Shown here one piece after another: positions 50,002-53,154 of a stretch of 53,154 bases of DNA. Source of the DNA: Xylographa opegraphella. Taxonomy: Eukaryota. The position numbers and the translations under genes are program-made. The notes beneath the pieces are model-generated. The model did no database searches and was not told the DNA's origin. It saw only the letters and a program-made list of their open reading frames with translations. The stretch spans positions 1 through 53,154 of the forward strand of contig JALDZX010000090.1 of assembly GCA_022813865.1 (NCBI GenBank). Reading direction: 5' to 3'. How positions within the stretch are numbered: the first letter of the stretch is position 1; each line of letters starts with the position of its first letter.

Positions 50002-52665
50002 ATGGCTACCTTGAACCTGTCCACAAATGGACCGTCCATCTCGAAGAGCTATCAATCAATCGTCAACTCACCTCCTCCCTCAGGCAATACCGCTCAATCT
50101 CCAACCTTTGGCCAATGGGCTGTATTCTCGGTATCCGCACCTCTTGTCAATGCGTTCCAGCAAGACGCTGGTGGAGGTGGAAAGGAGAGTATACTCAAAG
50201 TACAAAGCACTGGAGGTAAGTGATCAGCATATGTTAATATAAATGACTGACCTGTCATTAGAGGGTGAATTGGTGGACTTGATCGAGGATTTCTCGGACG
50301 GCCGAGTACAATTTGCTTTCGTCAAAGTCAAAGATCGAAACACCTCATTACCAAAATACGTGCTTATAGGTTGGTGTGGAGAAGGTGTGCCTGAGCGGAC
50401 GAAAGGCTATTTCACAAGCCATCTCGCGGCAGTGGAGAAGGTGCTACACGTGCGTATTGGATGTGAGAGGTTCTGGATACTATTGACATGGCTGGCAGGG
50501 ATATCATGTGCAAGTAATCGCCCGATCTGATCGCGATCTTACACCTGAGGATATTGTTCAGAAGGTGTCTGATGGGTCTGGATCAAAATATTCTGCTGGA
50601 TACGACAACACAGTCCCAACCAATCCGCCTGCTGCAGTCGCATCAAAGCCCGCAATAAAGCCTATACGCAGCGGTGGCGGTTCATCAGCTTTCAATCCTT
50701 TGGGCAGCACAGGATCACGCTTTAGTATTCCTCAAAATGAGATTGTGGACGACGATGGTTGGGGTCACGATGCTCCACAAGTTACTAGAACGCTACTCGA
50801 GAAGGTAGCCTCCGCATACCAGCCTACAAAAGTCAATATGCATGAGCTTAATTTGCAGACACCAGAATCTTCGAGCATTGACTATAGGAAGGATACTACT
50901 GATCGTACTGATGTGATTAAGGGTGGGTACCAACCTGTTGGAAAGGTAGATATAGCTGCATTGAGGCGCCAAGCCCAGGAGAGTGTATCTCGTCAAGACG
51001 ATCGACCGAATGTCGTGAAGGGATCTTATGAGCCTGTGGGAAAGGTTGATATTGCGGCAATTCGAGCTAAGGCGCAACCGCCATTAGAAACAGCGAAATC
51101 CTCCTCCGGCAAAATATCACCTGCTCTCACTGGAACATCGGCCCGAAGTAGTGAACCGGAGGATGCTAAACCACTATCCGAACGATCGCTGCCAGTTTCT
51201 TCTTCGGAGCGGTTGATGTCACTTCCGAGGCCCAAGGTTGCAAATAAATATGGCTCAAATGTGAGCAGCTTTGTAGGAACTAAAGCTTCAACGCCTGGCA
51301 TATATGGTGTAGAGTCGAAGTTGTCGCCAGATAGTCCTCCGGTAGGTGCCAGCAGAACTTTCGCAGACGAGGGTGGCAAGACTCCTGCACAAATTTGGGC
51401 AGAGAAAAAGGCACGCGAACGAGGTTCAAGTGCGACTAGCGAGCAGCCTACTTCGGTGGGCTTCGGAATGACTACCTCACCAATGGCGAGTCATAATTCC
51501 GGAAGTGGAGAGTGGAAAAGTGGCTATTCTGGTAAGAGCTGGGCTGCAGTTCAAATAACTAAGACTGGTCAATCTTCGACAGGTGTCGAGCGGCAACGGA
51601 CAGACGATGATGAGACGATGGAGCCTGGATTCCCGCATTCGTCTGCCGGTGGTATTGGTGCTCTCCGAGAGAGATTCACCGGTGCGGCTCCGATGGGAGC
51701 TGCAGTACCAGCATCAGAAAAGTCGGTGCCTAGTCCACCACCACTTGACAGTCCCAGCAAACCTAACGGACACCATGAAACTCCTATACCTAGCCATTCG
51801 ACACGGCCTTCACACATTGCACGGGAACAAGAGTCTGAAAGGCCGATGATGCCTAGTCCGCCACTTCAGCCCCCGAGGTTCCACACTCCTCCTACACCTG
51901 TAGCAGAGGAAAGAGAGGAAGAGCCCAGCTCTCCGATACGGGTAGCGATGCCAGTACCCCGTGGCGCAGCTGCAGAAGTGGAAGCTGCGCCAGACGAGCA
52001 ATTCTCACCGCCACCCGCGATGCCAACGCGTTCGCTGGCTCAAGTAGTCTCTCGTGAAATTGACAATGATGAGAAGCCGTCTGGCTATGATGCAGCTCGG
52101 GGTGCCAGCCATGCAGCTGCTGCAGCTTCGTTTGGTCACGAAGCTTTGGCTAAGCCTATCCATACCTCCCAGCATAGTGGCAAGCGCGCAGTGGCTCAGT
52201 ACGACTACGAGAAAGCGGAGGACAATGAATTAGAGCTCAAAGAGGGTGAGCAGGTTACGAACATAGAAATGGTCGACGACGATTGGTGGATGGGAGAAAA
52301 TGCAAGAGGTGAAACCGGATTATTCCCAAGCAATTATGTCGAGCTCGTTCAAGATGATAGCAATCTAGAACACGCTGCAACACTGAAGTCCACTAAGATT
52401 TCGCCGTCTGCCGCCGCCAACACAAATCATCCGGTGCTTGGCCCGATAGCTACCGCTCTCTACGATTATGAAGCTGCAGAGGACAACGAGCTGAGTTTTC
52501 CAGAAAACGCCAAAATTACAAGCCTGGTGAGGACATTCATCCTAGCGATATCGTGCTCTCATATTAAACAATGTGTAGGAGTTCCCAGACGAGGACTGGT
52601 GGTCTGGAGAGTATGGGGGCAGATCTGGACTCTTTCCAGCTAATTACGTTCAGCTTGACGAGTAA
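50002..52665 (+). CDS. ABP1: Actin-binding protein Abp1/drebrin-like (ADF-H domain plus two SH3 domains), 4 exons
   Basis: Introns 50216-50261, 50450-50498 and 52527-52578. ADF-H motif KYVLIGWCGEGVPE, repeated YxPVGKVDIAA, and SH3 motifs YDYEKAEDNEL..WWMG..GLFPSNYV and YDYEAAEDNEL..WWSG..GLFPANYV. Confidence 0.93.
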
Positions 52666-52684
52666 AGCAAGTGATTTGTAGCTA

Positions 52685-53090
52685 AAATTACCTAACTTGT
52701 TCATTAAAAAATAAAAATTTATCGAATGAATATTCAAGGACTCGTTATTTGAAAAGCATTTAAAAACTTCGCATATAATTTCAAAATAATTTCACAATAA
52801 TATCGTATATAAATTATTTTAACTCGACAGGGGCGCACTGAGGAAATCTCGAGATTTATCTATATTCGTTGATTAAAATTTTATTTTTTTGAATATTGAA
52901 AGTGTGAAATCAAATTTATTGAAAGTAAAAAAATATTCAGGGCGAAGCCCTAAATATACTTTAGGGTAAAAGAATTATATACTCATATTTCAAAACTTAA
53001 AGAATCGATTTTTTTTATTTTTCGAAAAAGAATCGAATGTTTTTAACGCCGGTTCGAATAATATATTCGAATAATACACCGAACACGCGT
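52685..53090. mobile_element. AT-rich, RIP-like degenerated repeat block (element family not identifiable)
   Basis: Abrupt fall in GC about 20 nt after the ABP1 stop, long A/T runs and no ORFs. Surviving C/G sit mostly in TC/GA and CG contexts. Confidence 0.55.
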
Positions 53091-53154
53091 ATTTTTTAAT
53101 TTTTTAATTTTTTAATTTTTTAATTTTTTAATTTTTTAATTTTTTAATTTTTTA
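53091..53154 (+). repeat. Perfect 8-bp tandem repeat (ATTTTTTA)8 running to the window end
   Basis: 64 nt made of 8 exact copies; may mark an assembly break. Confidence 0.95.

Noticed and set aside
53091..53154. (TTTTTTAA)n as a C-to-T mutated telomere array
   Set aside because: The period is 8 rather than 6, and the orientation is wrong for a right-hand chromosome end. A simple AT microsatellite is sufficient.

Overview
Eukaryotic, intron-containing DNA from a filamentous ascomycete (Pezizomycotina; short GT-AG introns with CTRAC/CTRAT branch points). It carries about 14 protein-coding genes, which I reconstructed by splicing the ORF fragments by eye. The left ~15 kb holds a sterol-esterase-type lipase, a UGA4-type amino-acid permease, a CYP53 benzoate 4-hydroxylase, a putative COOH-NH2 amidoligase hidden across several ORFs, a peroxisomal 2-hydroxyacyl-CoA lyase and a galactose-oxidase pseudogene fragment. 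The right part is mostly housekeeping: a Rad53/Cds1-type FHA kinase, a She3-like coiled-coil protein, Rad17, AMP deaminase, an F-box/Zn-finger protein and Abp1, plus several hypothetical proteins. The window ends in an AT-rich, RIP-like block and an 8-bp tandem repeat. The most notable observations are the amidoligase and its metabolic neighbours, the galactose-oxidase relic, dense intergenic AGGTAAGG/TACGGAG motif clusters, recurring C-rich to G-rich skew domains and an apparently non-CpA RIP signature. No tRNA, rRNA, CRISPR array or intact transposon was recognised. All family calls come from motif recognition, not database searches.
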